Both the position numbers and the translations under genes were made by a program. Positions 47,646-56,958 of a DNA stretch of 64,000 nt are shown here, piece by piece. The notes under the pieces are model-generated. The model saw only the letters and a list, made by a program, of their open reading frames with translations. It did no database searches and was not told the origin of the DNA. The DNA lies in the NCBI GenBank assembly GCA_043797125.1, contig JAZDPX010000045.1, positions 72,338-136,337 of the forward strand. The letters run 5' to 3'. Every line of letters begins with the position of its first letter. Position 1 is the first letter of the stretch. The stretch comes from Candidatus Omnitrophota bacterium. Lineage in GTDB: Bacteria; Omnitrophota; Gorgyraeia; JABMRG01; JAFGKX01.

Positions 47646-49049
47646 ATGAAAAAACTAAGCGCTTCTCAAATAGTATTGTTGAGTTTTTTGGCGGCTATTC
47701 TTTGCGGGGCAGGCCTTTTAATGCTGCCGGCCGCTTTGAAAGACGGCCAGAAAATTTCATTTATAGACAGCCTTTTTACATCTACCAGCGCCACTTGCGT
47801 CACAGGCCTTACCGTAAAGGATACAGGCACGTTTTTTTCCAATTTCGGCCAGGCAGTTATACTTTTATTTATACAATTAGGCGGGTTGGGCATAATGACA
47901 TTCTCGACTCTTTTTGCGGTTTTTCTGGGGCGCAAGATGACAATGTCGCAGAGCCTAAACACAAAAGATGCCTTGGGCGTCGACGGCATAGACGGCCTGA
48001 AGGAGCTAATTGTATATATTGTGCTCATAGCGTTTGGCATAGAGCTTATCGGCGCTGTCATATTATACCTTAGGCTGTCCGCAACCACGCAGCTTCCCTG
48101 TTTAAGCATGATAAAAAACGCCACATTTCACTCTGTTTCGGCATTCTGCAACGCGGGATTGTCTCTTTACCCGGACAACTTAACGTCATGGCGAAACGAC
48201 GCGATTCTCATGCTTACAATAATCGGCCTTATTATTATTGGGGGCCTCGGGTTTGTGGTGATACTTAATATGCCGAGGCTTAGATTCTATATACCGTTTT
48301 TTAGGGCGCGGAACCTAGCCCGCCAGGCGCAAAGCGGAATTAAAAACCCCCTTGTCCACAAGATAAACCTACAGACAAAAGTGGTGCTTTTGGTTACGGC
48401 TGTTTTATTATTAATCGGCACGGCAGCAGTGCTGCTTTTTGAGTATAATGGTACGCTGCAGGGCATGACATGGAAAGAGAAATTTTTAAGCGCGTTTTTT
48501 ACGGCTGTTACGCCGCGCACCGCGGGTTTTAATGTAATATCCACCGCGGGTCTGCAGGTGGCAACAAAGTTCTTAATTATAATTCTGATGTTCATCGGGG
48601 CTTCCCCGGGCTCCACCGGCGGCGGTATAAAAACAGTGACTCTGGCAGTGCTTATGACGGGTTTTTTCGCAATGCTTAAAAGCAGGGACAGGATATTTTT
48701 ATTTGGCAGGACAGTTACAAAGGACGCCTTCAGAAGGGCGGTGGCGGTTTTTGTATTGGCAGCAGGCCTGATAGCTGTCTCGACGCTGCTCTTGGCAATT
48801 ACAGAGAAGGCGTGCTCGGGGGCAAACGATTTTTTCTTAAATATGCTCTTTGAGACCACGTCAGCCTTTGGCACATGCGGGCTATCCGCAGATGTTACGC
48901 CGCAGCTAAGCGCGCTGGGAAAAATAATAATTATTATAACGATGTTTGTGGGCAGGGTAGGGCCCTTAACCGCAGCTTTGGCATTAGCAATGCGCCCGGA
49001 GAAAAAAATAGATTACTGTTATCCGGAAGAGAAAATAATGATTGGGTAA
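47646..49049 (+). CDS. TrkH/KtrB-family potassium transporter membrane subunit
   Basis: 467-aa polytopic protein with repeated pore-loop GxGG/GLS-like segments. Followed by an RCK-domain gene. Confidence 0.8.
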   Translation: MKKLSASQIVLLSFLAAILCGAGLLMLPAALKDGQKISFIDSLFTSTSATCVTGLTVKDTGTFFSNFGQAVILLFIQLGGLGIMTFSTLFAVFLGRKMTMSQSLNTKDALGVDGIDGLKELIVYIVLIAFGIELIGAVILYLRLSATTQLPCLSMIKNATFHSVSAFCNAGLSLYPDNLTSWRNDAILMLTIIGLIIIGGLGFVVILNMPRLRFYIPFFRARNLARQAQSGIKNPLVHKINLQTKVVLLVTAVLLLIGTAAVLLFEYNGTLQGMTWKEKFLSAFFTAVTPRTAGFNVISTAGLQVATKFLIIILMFIGASPGSTGGGIKTVTLAVLMTGFFAMLKSRDRIFLFGRTVTKDAFRRAVAVFVLAAGLIAVSTLLLAITEKACSGANDFFLNMLFETTSAFGTCGLSADVTPQLSALGKIIIIITMFVGRVGPLTAALALAMRPEKKIDYCYPEEKIMIG

Positions 49050-49127
49050 GCATGGGGCATGCCCCTCCAACGCTCCTGTTCGTCGCGTTGTCGGGGCAGT
49101 TTTAACTTCGTTAAAACTGGAGGCGCA

Positions 49128-49793
49128 ATGAGACAATTCGCTGTGATAGGGTTGGGCAGGTTTGGTTCAAGCGTGGCAAGGACATTGGCCCTAAAAGGGT
49201 GCCAGGTGCTTGCTGTTGACAGGGATGAAGACAAAATACAGGACATATCAGGTGTCGTGACGCAGGCAGTATGCCTTGACGCTACCGACGAGAAAGCGCT
49301 TAAGGCCGTAGGCGTGCAGCAGGTCGATATAGCCATAGTAAGCGTAGGCGACGATATTGAGGCAAGCATATTAATAGCATTGCTGCTGAAAGAAATGGGC
49401 ATAAAAGAAGTTATTGCAAAAGCAGTTACGCCACAGCAGGGCAAGGTTCTGGAAAAGATAGGCGTTGAAAAAATAATATTTGCCGAAAGAGACATGGGCG
49501 AGCGCCTGGCAAACGCGCTTACCTCCCCGAAAGTAACAGATTATCTTCAGCTGTCAGGCAATTGCGGCATAATAGAAATAACCCCGCCAAAAGAGTTTCT
49601 TGGCAAGACCCTTAAGCAGTTAAGCGTAAGGACGCAGTACAAGCTAAACATCGTGGCAATAAAGCGCAAAGACGAACAAGGCAAAGACGCGATTAATGTT
49701 GTTCCGCTGGCGGAAGAGAAAATCCGCGAAGGGGACATACTTTTAGTGGCCGGCGCAAACGAGGACATCGAAAAGTTAAAAGAAAAAGAATAA
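49128..49793 (+). CDS. TrkA/KtrA RCK-domain K+ uptake regulatory subunit (NAD-binding)
   Basis: MRQFAVIGLGRFG Rossmann motif plus RCK_C. ATG 49128 has a GGAGG Shine-Dalgarno. The track ORF starts earlier, at 49059. Confidence 0.8.
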   Translation: MRQFAVIGLGRFGSSVARTLALKGCQVLAVDRDEDKIQDISGVVTQAVCLDATDEKALKAVGVQQVDIAIVSVGDDIEASILIALLLKEMGIKEVIAKAVTPQQGKVLEKIGVEKIIFAERDMGERLANALTSPKVTDYLQLSGNCGIIEITPPKEFLGKTLKQLSVRTQYKLNIVAIKRKDEQGKDAINVVPLAEEKIREGDILLVAGANEDIEKLKEKE

Positions 49794-49802
49794 AAAGCCT
49801 GC

Positions 49803-50816
49803 ATGGAAAAGCAATTAAAAGAATTAAAAGAACAGGCGATTTCTGAAATAGAAAATGCCGCAGAGCCCGACGCGCTCGAACAAGTAAGGGTTAAATACCT
49901 AGGCAGAAAAGGCGAAATAGCCAAAATAACCAGCCAGATTCCGTCTATGCCGGAAGACCAAAAGCCGCTTATCGGTAAACTGGCAAACGAAATCAAAAAC
50001 ACCCTACTGGAAACAATCTCCAACAGAAAACAAACGCTTTCCCAACAAAGCTCCCAGCCATCCGGCGAAAAGATAGACCTCACTATGCCAGGTTATAATT
50101 TTAAAATAGGCCGCGCGCACCCGATAACCCAGACGCTCAATCAAATCTGCAGGGTGTTTAGAAATATGGGTTTTGCAGTTGTAGAAGGCCCGGAGATAGA
50201 GACAGAGCATAACAATTTCGAGGCCTTAAATATCCCGACGGATCACCCGTCGAGAGATGCCTTCGACACGTTTTATATTGAAAATGATATGCTTCTGCGA
50301 AGCCACACCTCGCCGGTGCAAGTAAGGTTCATGCAGGCGCACAAACCGCCTTTCGCGATTGTTGTCCCGGGCAAGGTTTACAGGCCTGACGCAGTTGACG
50401 CGTCGCATAGTTTTATGTTTTCGCAGGTAGAAGGGCTTATGGTAGATACCGGCGTGAACTTTTCGCACTTAAAAGGAGTGTTGCTTGAATTTGCAAAGCA
50501 GATTTTTGGCGAACAGATAAAGCTGCGTTTTAGGCCGCACTTTTTCCCGTTTACAGAACCGAGCGCCGAGGTGGATGTATCGTGCATTATCTGCAAAGGC
50601 GATGGCTGCAGCGTGTGTTCTAAAAAAGGCTGGCTTGAGATATTGGGGGCCGGCATGGTAGACCCTGCGGTTTTTGCGGTAGTGGGCATAGACAAGGAAA
50701 AATACACCGGATTTGCATTTGGCATGGGAGTCGAAAGAATCGCCATGCTTAAATACGGGATTAATGATATACGGTTGTTTTACGAGAATGATGTGAGATT
50801 CTTAGAGCAGTTTTAG
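49803..50816 (+). CDS. pheS: phenylalanyl-tRNA synthetase alpha subunit
   Basis: Class II motifs (FAIVVPGKVYRPD, GAGMVDP). Confidence 0.9.
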   Translation: MEKQLKELKEQAISEIENAAEPDALEQVRVKYLGRKGEIAKITSQIPSMPEDQKPLIGKLANEIKNTLLETISNRKQTLSQQSSQPSGEKIDLTMPGYNFKIGRAHPITQTLNQICRVFRNMGFAVVEGPEIETEHNNFEALNIPTDHPSRDAFDTFYIENDMLLRSHTSPVQVRFMQAHKPPFAIVVPGKVYRPDAVDASHSFMFSQVEGLMVDTGVNFSHLKGVLLEFAKQIFGEQIKLRFRPHFFPFTEPSAEVDVSCIICKGDGCSVCSKKGWLEILGAGMVDPAVFAVVGIDKEKYTGFAFGMGVERIAMLKYGINDIRLFYENDVRFLEQF

Positions 50817-50818
50817 CC

Positions 50819-52864
50819 ATGAAAATATCATACGAGTGGATAAGAGAATATGCCCCGACAAAAGTGCGGGCAGCAAACCTTGCGCAGATGCTTACAATGT
50901 GCGGGCAGGAAGTTACCGCGATAGAGCAAAAGGGCGATGATTTTATTTTTGACATAGAAGTTACCTCAAACCGGCCTGACTGCCTATGCCATATCGGCAT
51001 TGCAAGAGAAGTAGCTGCGATAACAGGCAAGAAACTAAAACTTCCTGCCTATAACATAAAATCTTGCTTTGGCAAAAAGATACCTAAGCCGCAAGTTATT
51101 GTAAAAGACGCGAACGCCTGCCCGCGCTACACAGCGCGCCTTATTGCGGGAGTTGAAGTGGCGCCTTCTCCGAAGTGGCTTATTAAAAAAATAGAATCCA
51201 TTGGGCTTCGCCCGGTAAACAATATAGTAGATATTACGAATTTTATTCTGTTTGAGACAGGCCACCCCCTGCACGCATTTGATTATGATAAACTCGGCGG
51301 CAAAAGCGTGATAGTCAGGATGGCAAAGGACGGCGAAGAGATAACAACAATCGATAATGTAAAAAGGAAATTAAAACCCCACACGCTGGTAATAGCGGAT
51401 TTGCAAAGGCCCGTGGCAATAGCAGGTGTTATGGGCGGCGCAAACACCGAAATCAGCCAGAATACGAAAAATATTTTGCTTGAGTCCGCTTATTTTGATC
51501 CGGTATCTATACGACGGACATCACGCCAGCTTGGCTTAAGCACAGATTCAAGCTATAGGTTTGAACGCGGCGTGGATCTTGTTAATGTGGCGCAGGCGTC
51601 TGACAGAGCGGCGTCCATGATCTGCGCTATAGCTAAAGGCAAAACACACAAAACACCGGTTGATATCGGCAAAAAAACTTTAAAGGCACCTGTTATAAAT
51701 TTAAGGCCGCAGAGGGTTAATTCGGTGTTAGGCGCAAAAATATCAAACCAGGCTATAAAGAAAAGTTTAGCGGCCGTCGGGTTTAAAGTATCCGACGCAA
51801 AATCCGCGATGAAGGTTATCGCTCCGTCTTTTAGAATAGCCGACGTAAAAAGAGAAGAAGATTTAATAGAGGAAATAGCCAGAATCTGGGGCTACGAATT
51901 CATACCGGTTGTATTGCCCAGGGCAATTATAACGGATGAAGAGTCGGCATTTAAAAGAAAAAAAGGCATAATTAGTTCTACGCAAGAGACGCTTGCGGCC
52001 CTTGGATTTACAGAGATATTGACATACAGCCTGATAAGCAAGGATGACATAGGCAAAACAGCCATACCGCAGATAAATGTTATACCTATACAAAATCCGC
52101 TAAGCGACCAGCAGGCTGTTATGCGAAACAGCCTGCTACCGGGCATGCTGAAGGCAATAGCTTATAATATTAACAGGGGCAATTCAAACTTAAGCCTGTT
52201 TGAATTTTCAAATATATATTTTAGGCACGCAGAAAATTTAAGCGAGCAGTTAAGCCTTATCATGGGTGCCTGCGGCGAGACAGAAGGCGACTGGAAAAGG
52301 CAAAGGCAAGAAAGAGACCTTTTTTATTTAAGAGGCGTATTAAAGACGCTCTTCGAAACAATGGCAGTCAATATTTATTTTGAGGAAACCCAGCACCCTA
52401 GCTTTGAGCTGGGCAAGACCCTTGCGATTATGAGCGGCAGCGAAATGCTTGGCACCGTAGGCGCAATAAGCCCGCAGGTCTTGGCAGCCATGGATATAAA
52501 ACAAAAAGTTTTTTGCGCGGAGATAAACACGCAAATTTTATTTAAAAACGCGCGCCTAGAAAAATATTATAAGCCTATAATTAAATTCCCCGGCGCGCAG
52601 AGAGATATTTCTGCATGTGTTGATAATGGAATCGCTTTTGAAGATATTTATAGGGCAGTTAAGCAGGCGGGGGGCCACATTATTAAAGATATAGAGCTTG
52701 TTGAGGAATACAAGGGCAAGCAGATTCAAGGCAGCCAGAGGGCGCTTTTGTTAAGAATAGCCTATCAGGCAAAAGAACGCACTCTTACGGAGCAGGAGAT
52801 AGAGCGGGCGCATAACGGAATCAGGGAGAAACTTAAAAAAGAATTTAACGCGCAATTACGTTAA
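50819..52864 (+). CDS. pheT: phenylalanyl-tRNA synthetase beta subunit
   Basis: 681-aa ORF with B3/B4, B5 and FDX-ACB-like segments. Coupled to pheS. Confidence 0.9.
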   Translation: MKISYEWIREYAPTKVRAANLAQMLTMCGQEVTAIEQKGDDFIFDIEVTSNRPDCLCHIGIAREVAAITGKKLKLPAYNIKSCFGKKIPKPQVIVKDANACPRYTARLIAGVEVAPSPKWLIKKIESIGLRPVNNIVDITNFILFETGHPLHAFDYDKLGGKSVIVRMAKDGEEITTIDNVKRKLKPHTLVIADLQRPVAIAGVMGGANTEISQNTKNILLESAYFDPVSIRRTSRQLGLSTDSSYRFERGVDLVNVAQASDRAASMICAIAKGKTHKTPVDIGKKTLKAPVINLRPQRVNSVLGAKISNQAIKKSLAAVGFKVSDAKSAMKVIAPSFRIADVKREEDLIEEIARIWGYEFIPVVLPRAIITDEESAFKRKKGIISSTQETLAALGFTEILTYSLISKDDIGKTAIPQINVIPIQNPLSDQQAVMRNSLLPGMLKAIAYNINRGNSNLSLFEFSNIYFRHAENLSEQLSLIMGACGETEGDWKRQRQERDLFYLRGVLKTLFETMAVNIYFEETQHPSFELGKTLAIMSGSEMLGTVGAISPQVLAAMDIKQKVFCAEINTQILFKNARLEKYYKPIIKFPGAQRDISACVDNGIAFEDIYRAVKQAGGHIIKDIELVEEYKGKQIQGSQRALLLRIAYQAKERTLTEQEIERAHNGIREKLKKEFNAQLR

Positions 52865-52904
52865 TAATTTAGCGTAGGAGCCGCCTCTGGCGGCGAACAA
52901 AATC

Positions 52905-53888
52905 ATGATAATCATTACAGGAGCGGCAGGATTCATAGGAAGCGCGGTTTGCTGGGGCCTTAATAAGAGGGGCAGGCGCAGCATAGTTGCTGTAGATGAG
53001 GCAAACCTGCCGGAAGATAAAAAGAAAAATCTAAAACCCCTGCAAATCGCAGAATACATAGACAAGGACAAGTTTATCAAGCAGATTAAAAGCGATTCCC
53101 TACAATTTGCTGCCGAGGCCATAATACACCTGGGGGCATGTTCGGATACTACGGAAACAGACGAGAAATTTTTAACTGAAAATAACTTTGAATACACAAA
53201 GGCCTTGTGCGAATATTGCGTAAAAAATAACACGCGCTTTATCTACGCATCAAGCGCGGCCACTTACGGCGACGGCTCGCAGGGCTATTGCGACGATGAA
53301 AACACAATTGACGCGCTTAAGCCGTTAAACTTTTACGCAGCATCAAAACAGAAGTTCGATCTGTGGGCGAGAGACAACAAGTTACTCGGCAGGATAGCCG
53401 GCTTAAAATATTTTAACGTATTCGGCCCCAACGAATACCACAAGGCCGACATGCGAAGCATTGTCTTAAAAGGCTATGAGCAGATAAAAACAACAGGTAA
53501 AATGCATTTGTTTAAATCGTACAAGCAGGGATTTGCGGACGGAGAGCAAAGAAGAGATTTCTTATACATAAAAGACGCTGTTAGCATGACTTTGTTTTTT
53601 TTAGACGATCCCGGCACATGCGGCATTTTTAATCTGGGTACAGGCACGGCAACCACCTACCACAACATTACAAAGGCTATATTCAAAGCGCTTAATAAGC
53701 CGCCTGCCATAGAATACATCGAGATGCCGGAGACGCTACAGCCGCGCTATCAGTATTTTACGCAGGCCGATATATCAAAACTTCGCGGCGCAGGATACGA
53801 CAAGCCGGTAACGCCAATCGAAGAGGCGATACGGGAATATGTTCAAGACTACCTTGTTAGCGGTGCCCGCCTTAGCAACGCTTTATAA
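52905..53888 (+). CDS. hldD: ADP-L-glycero-D-manno-heptose-6-epimerase (LPS inner-core heptose pathway)
   Basis: MIIITGAAGFIGSAV Rossmann motif and YASSAATYG catalytic motif of the extended SDR family. Confidence 0.8.
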   Translation: MIIITGAAGFIGSAVCWGLNKRGRRSIVAVDEANLPEDKKKNLKPLQIAEYIDKDKFIKQIKSDSLQFAAEAIIHLGACSDTTETDEKFLTENNFEYTKALCEYCVKNNTRFIYASSAATYGDGSQGYCDDENTIDALKPLNFYAASKQKFDLWARDNKLLGRIAGLKYFNVFGPNEYHKADMRSIVLKGYEQIKTTGKMHLFKSYKQGFADGEQRRDFLYIKDAVSMTLFFLDDPGTCGIFNLGTGTATTYHNITKAIFKALNKPPAIEYIEMPETLQPRYQYFTQADISKLRGAGYDKPVTPIEEAIREYVQDYLVSGARLSNAL

Positions 53889-53927
53889 CTAAAGGCTACC
53901 CCAGCGTTAATGACAAATAACAAAATC

Positions 53928-53994
53928 CCTGCCTGCCGGCAGGCAGGCAAAATCCAAATGAAATCCAAATGTCACCTGCCTGGCGGCAGGCAAG
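53928..53994. repeat. REP-like palindrome CCTGCCTGCCGGCAGGCAGG (copy 3, 53928-53947) plus a degenerate copy (53975-53994), followed by tgtcatt-type AT-rich repeats
   Basis: Exact 20-mer, then cctgcctggcggcaggcaag. Lies in the hldD-rarA spacer. Confidence 0.8.
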
Positions 53995-54115
53995 CATGAC
54001 AAACTTCAAAACAACAATTTTGTTATTTGATATTTGTAATTTGTCATTCATTTGTCATTTGTGCTTTGGCATTTGTCATTAACTTATAAAGCAAAATATT
54101 TTTATTACTTTTCAC

Positions 54116-54144
54116 TTGCGCTTACCAGGCCCCGGGATTATAAT
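54116..54144 (+). promoter_or_regulatory. sigma70 promoter TTGCGC-17-TATAAT driving a ~280-nt ORF-less leader/ncRNA upstream of rarA
   Basis: ttgcgcttaccaggccccgggattataat. No ORF of 60 aa or more lies between it and rarA. Confidence 0.45.
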
Positions 54145-54327
54145 AAAGATGTCCCTGCTGTGTGCGTGTTAAGACTGCGCGAAGTAAGAACCAACAAATT
54201 TATGCTGGGAGCCTGGTTTTAGATGTGGAGCGGCATGCTCTTTCAACAAGGAGAAACCACGAAGCATTTAACAGGGCACCCACCTAGTAAGAGGGTTCTG
54301 ATTACTTTGCAGCCTCACGCCATAAGC

Positions 54328-54402
54328 GGGGATTTTTAATGAGTACCCCCTGTTTTCTTTGTTTTCACAAAGAAAACAAAGAAGGGGGTACGAATTAATC
54401 CC
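54328..54402 (+). promoter_or_regulatory. long near-perfect hairpin (~30-bp stem, ACA loop) immediately 5' of the rarA start
   Basis: gggatttttaatgagtaccccctgttttctttgttttc ACA aagaaaacaaagaagggggtacgaattaatccc. Confidence 0.5.
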
Positions 54403-54430
54403 GAGCGAAGCGAGGGATCTTATCAATATG

Positions 54431-55780
54431 GATTTATTCCAAGCAACCACTCAAATTACAAGCCGCCTTCCTCTAGCTGCAAGAATGCGCCCGGCCACGC
54501 TAAAAGAATTTGTAGGCCAGGAGCATATTGCCGCAGAGGGCAAACTTCTGTCCAGGGCAATACAGGCAGATAAAATAACATCACTAATACTCTACGGCCC
54601 GCCCGGCGTAGGCAAAAACTGCCTTGCTATCATCATCAGCAACATCACCAAGGCGCATTTCGATGAGGTAAACGCCGTTACGTCTAATGTCGCCGAACTT
54701 CGCAACATTATTGAAGCGGCTAAAAACCGCCTAAAGACTACAGGCAAAAGGACAATCCTTTTTATCGACGAGATACACCGCTTTAACAAGGCGCAGCAGG
54801 ACGTGCTTATGCCTTATACGGAAAAAGGCGAAGTGATTTTAATAGGCGCGACAACGCATAACCCGTTTTTTTCAATAATAGCGCCGCTTATCTCCCGCTC
54901 CCTGGTCTTTGAATTAAAACCGCTTTCGCAGGACAATATTAAGGCCATTTTACAAAGGGCTGTTGATGACAAAGAAAACGGGCTCGGTAGCCATAAAATA
55001 AAAATAGAAAAAGAGGCGCTTGAGTTTCTGGCGAAAATCTGCGACGGAGATGCCCGGCGGGCGCTAAACGCGCTGGAGCTCGGGGGCCTGACGACAAAAC
55101 CCGCCAAAGACGGGTTTATTAACTACACGCTAAAAATCGCGCAAGAGTGCACGCAGAAAAAGGCGGTTGTATATGATAAGGATGAAGACAGCCATTACGA
55201 TACCATATCCGCTTTTATAAAATCAATGCGCGGCTCCGACCCTGACGCGGCGCTATACTGGCTCGCGAAGATGTTGTTTGCCGGCGAGGATCCGAGATTT
55301 ATCGCAAGAAGAATCGTAATATGCGCGGCCGAAGACGTAGGCAACGCTGACCCGCAGGCGCTGGTTTTGGCAAACGCCGCAATGCAGATATCGGAATTCG
55401 TCGGAATGCCGGAGGCGCGTATTCCGTTAGCGCAGGCAACTGTTTATATCGCCTGCGCGCCCAAATCAAACGCCGCATATATGGGAATAGAAAAAGCCCT
55501 TGCTGATGTTGAAAAAGGAAGGACCTTTGAAGTGCCTACGCATTTAAAAGACGCCAGCTATTACGGGGCAGAAAGATTGGGGCATGGCGAAGGATATAAA
55601 TACGCGCATTCTTACAAAGATCATTATGTTAAGCAGGAATATATTCCTAAAAAACAGATTTATTATGAGCCGACAGATATCGGTTACGAAAAAAAGATAA
55701 GGGAATATCTTGAAGGACTCAAGGCAGTGTCATTCCCGCGGAAGCGGGAATCCATAAACGATAGTTATCCACAACCGTAG
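54431..55780 (+). CDS. rarA: replication-associated recombination protein A (RarA/MgsA AAA+ ATPase)
   Basis: Walker A GPPGVGKN and MgsA C-terminal helical domain. Start MDLFQATT at 54431; the track's 54359 start lies inside the hairpin. Confidence 0.85.
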   Translation, partial: DLFQATTQITSRLPLAARMRPATLKEFVGQEHIAAEGKLLSRAIQADKITSLILYGPPGVGKNCLAIIISNITKAHFDEVNAVTSNVAELRNIIEAAKNRLKTTGKRTILFIDEIHRFNKAQQDVLMPYTEKGEVILIGATTHNPFFSIIAPLISRSLVFELKPLSQDNIKAILQRAVDDKENGLGSHKIKIEKEALEFLAKICDGDARRALNALELGGLTTKPAKDGFINYTLKIAQECTQKKAVVYDKDEDSHYDTISAFIKSMRGSDPDAALYWLAKMLFAGEDPRFIARRIVICAAEDVGNADPQALVLANAAMQISEFVGMPEARIPLAQATVYIACAPKSNAAYMGIEKALADVEKGRTFEVPTHLKDASYYGAERLGHGEGYKYAHSYKDHYVKQEYIPKKQIYYEPTDIGYEKKIREYLEGLKAVSFPRKRESINDSYPQP

Positions 55781-55804
55781 CGCAGGCTTAAGCCTGCGCT
55801 ACGG
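55765..55804 (+). repeat. DnaA-box-plus-hairpin element copy A (TTATCCACAACC GTAGCGCAGGCTT AAGCCTGCGCTAC GG), supplies the rarA stop codon
   Basis: 26-nt perfect palindrome GTAGCGCAGGCTTAAGCCTGCGCTAC preceded by TTATCCACA. Confidence 0.8.
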
Positions 55805-55834
55805 GTACCTAAATAGCGATAGGAGGAAACGCGC

Positions 55835-56050
55835 ATGAAAACTTTCATAGTCGTATTAATAGCAGCTGTAATAACAGCCGCCCTTTTCTTTAGCGTAAGC
55901 TCGTTAAAGGCAGAGCAAGGCGAACCCACGATAAAAGATCTGGCGAAACAGCTTGAGCAAGCGCTGCAGAATCAAGCAGACATTATTGCGAAGCTTGGCG
56001 AGATAAAAGAAGAGCTTAAGATTATCAAGGTAAGGTCAACCCTTCGCTAG
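55835..56050 (+). CDS. small membrane-anchored coiled-coil protein (71 aa)
   Basis: N-terminal TM helix (MKTFIVVLIAAVITAALFF) then an amphipathic helix. Good RBS (AGGAGG) upstream. Confidence 0.5.
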   Translation: MKTFIVVLIAAVITAALFFSVSSLKAEQGEPTIKDLAKQLEQALQNQADIIAKLGEIKEELKIIKVRSTLR

Positions 56051-56059
56051 AAACTCCAT

Positions 56060-56200
56060 TAAGAGGCCTCGGGACCGGTTTAGGGCGGGTCCTGTCTTGC
56101 CGAGCCGAAGCCCTTACCGCGCGCAAGCAAAGCTGAGCACGGTGAGGTGGCTCGGCAAGACACCCGCCTTTAATTATGGCCACCCCTCGGCCTGAAATTT
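56060..56200 (+). ncRNA. candidate structured RNA (possible 6S/ssrS-like) upstream of the MTHFS gene
   Basis: Long imperfect helix (gggcgggt/acccgcc and gtcttgccgagcc/ggctcggcaagac, 13 bp) enclosing a ~42-nt apical region. ssrS-ygfA(MTHFS) linkage is conserved in other bacteria. Confidence 0.3.
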
Positions 56201-56227
56201 CGTAAAACAAAAAAAATTCAAAGAGAT

Positions 56228-56315
56228 TGCTGAAATATTGTCAATGACGTAAAAATGGAATATTTCAGCAATCTCTCCTTTTACCATTGACAATCTAGTA
56301 TAAGCTATATATTAT
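56228..56315 (+). promoter_or_regulatory. perfect 18-bp inverted repeat (agagattgctgaaatatt / aatatttcagcaatctct) followed by sigma70 promoter TTGACA-17-TATTAT for the MTHFS-rny operon
   Basis: -35 at 56287-56292 and -10 at 56310-56315. The operator-like palindrome sits immediately upstream. Confidence 0.45.
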
Positions 56316-56354
56316 ACAACAAGGGGCAATTTCCCTTGACCCTAATAATATGAT

Positions 56355-56930
56355 ATGGTAAAATCTAATACTGCAATTTTGGAAAAGGTTAAAATCAGAA
56401 AGGAGATTTTAGCTAAACTGCGCGCTCAGAGCGCTTGCGACAGGCAGCGTAAAAGCGCACAGATTAAGGATAAGCTGTTTGCAGACAACGTTTTTAAATC
56501 GTGCGCCTGCGTCATGTTTTACGTCGCTAAAAATTATGAGGTTGATACGCAAGGCATGATAAAAGAGGCGCTTAAATTAGGTAAAAGGGTAGTAGTGCCA
56601 GTGACATCCGTTGGAGAAAAAAGGATAATTCCTTCTGAAATAAAAGACCCGGAAACAGAATTAGAAATCGGGCCGTTTGGAATAAAACAGCCAAAGTCAA
56701 AATATATGAGACCTGTGCCTGTAGAAGATATAAATATGGTGATAACCCCGGCAGTTGTATTTGATGATTTAGGCAACCGTATCGGACACGGCGCGGGCTA
56801 TTACGATAGCTTTTTAAAGACGCTACCACCGCCCACCCTTAGCGTAGGCCTGGCGTTTGATTTCCAAATTCTCAAGAAGGTCCCCTCCACCCCCTCGGAT
56901 GTTCCTGTCAAAAAGATAATCTTCGCATAA
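56355..56930 (+). CDS. 5-formyltetrahydrofolate cyclo-ligase (MTHFS)
   Basis: 191-aa ORF with the conserved GHGAGYYD motif. Confidence 0.8.
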   Translation: MVKSNTAILEKVKIRKEILAKLRAQSACDRQRKSAQIKDKLFADNVFKSCACVMFYVAKNYEVDTQGMIKEALKLGKRVVVPVTSVGEKRIIPSEIKDPETELEIGPFGIKQPKSKYMRPVPVEDINMVITPAVVFDDLGNRIGHGAGYYDSFLKTLPPPTLSVGLAFDFQILKKVPSTPSDVPVKKIIFA

Positions 56931-56958
56931 ATACAACAACACAACGGAGGTAAAAGCC

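Noticed and set aside
47666-48874. Minus-strand ORFs 47666..48124 and 48287..48874 and plus ORF 47702..48073
   Set aside because: Alternative frames or antisense of the trkH gene, which has clear transporter features.
54150-54330. tmRNA / RNase P / SRP RNA in the hldD-rarA spacer
   Set aside because: No tRNA-like 3' end, no tag-peptide reading frame context, and no signature motifs recognised. Left as an unassigned leader.
54359-54430. Track start of rarA at 54359 (MFSQRKQRRGYELIP...)
   Set aside because: These codons are the two arms of a 30-bp hairpin. Conserved RarA sequence starts at M 54431.
56060-56200. SRP (4.5S) RNA or RNase P RNA assignment for the structured region
   Set aside because: The conserved SRP domain IV motif (GGUCAGGUCCGGAAGGAAGCAGC-like) and RNase P P4 signature motifs are absent, and the size does not fit RNase P.
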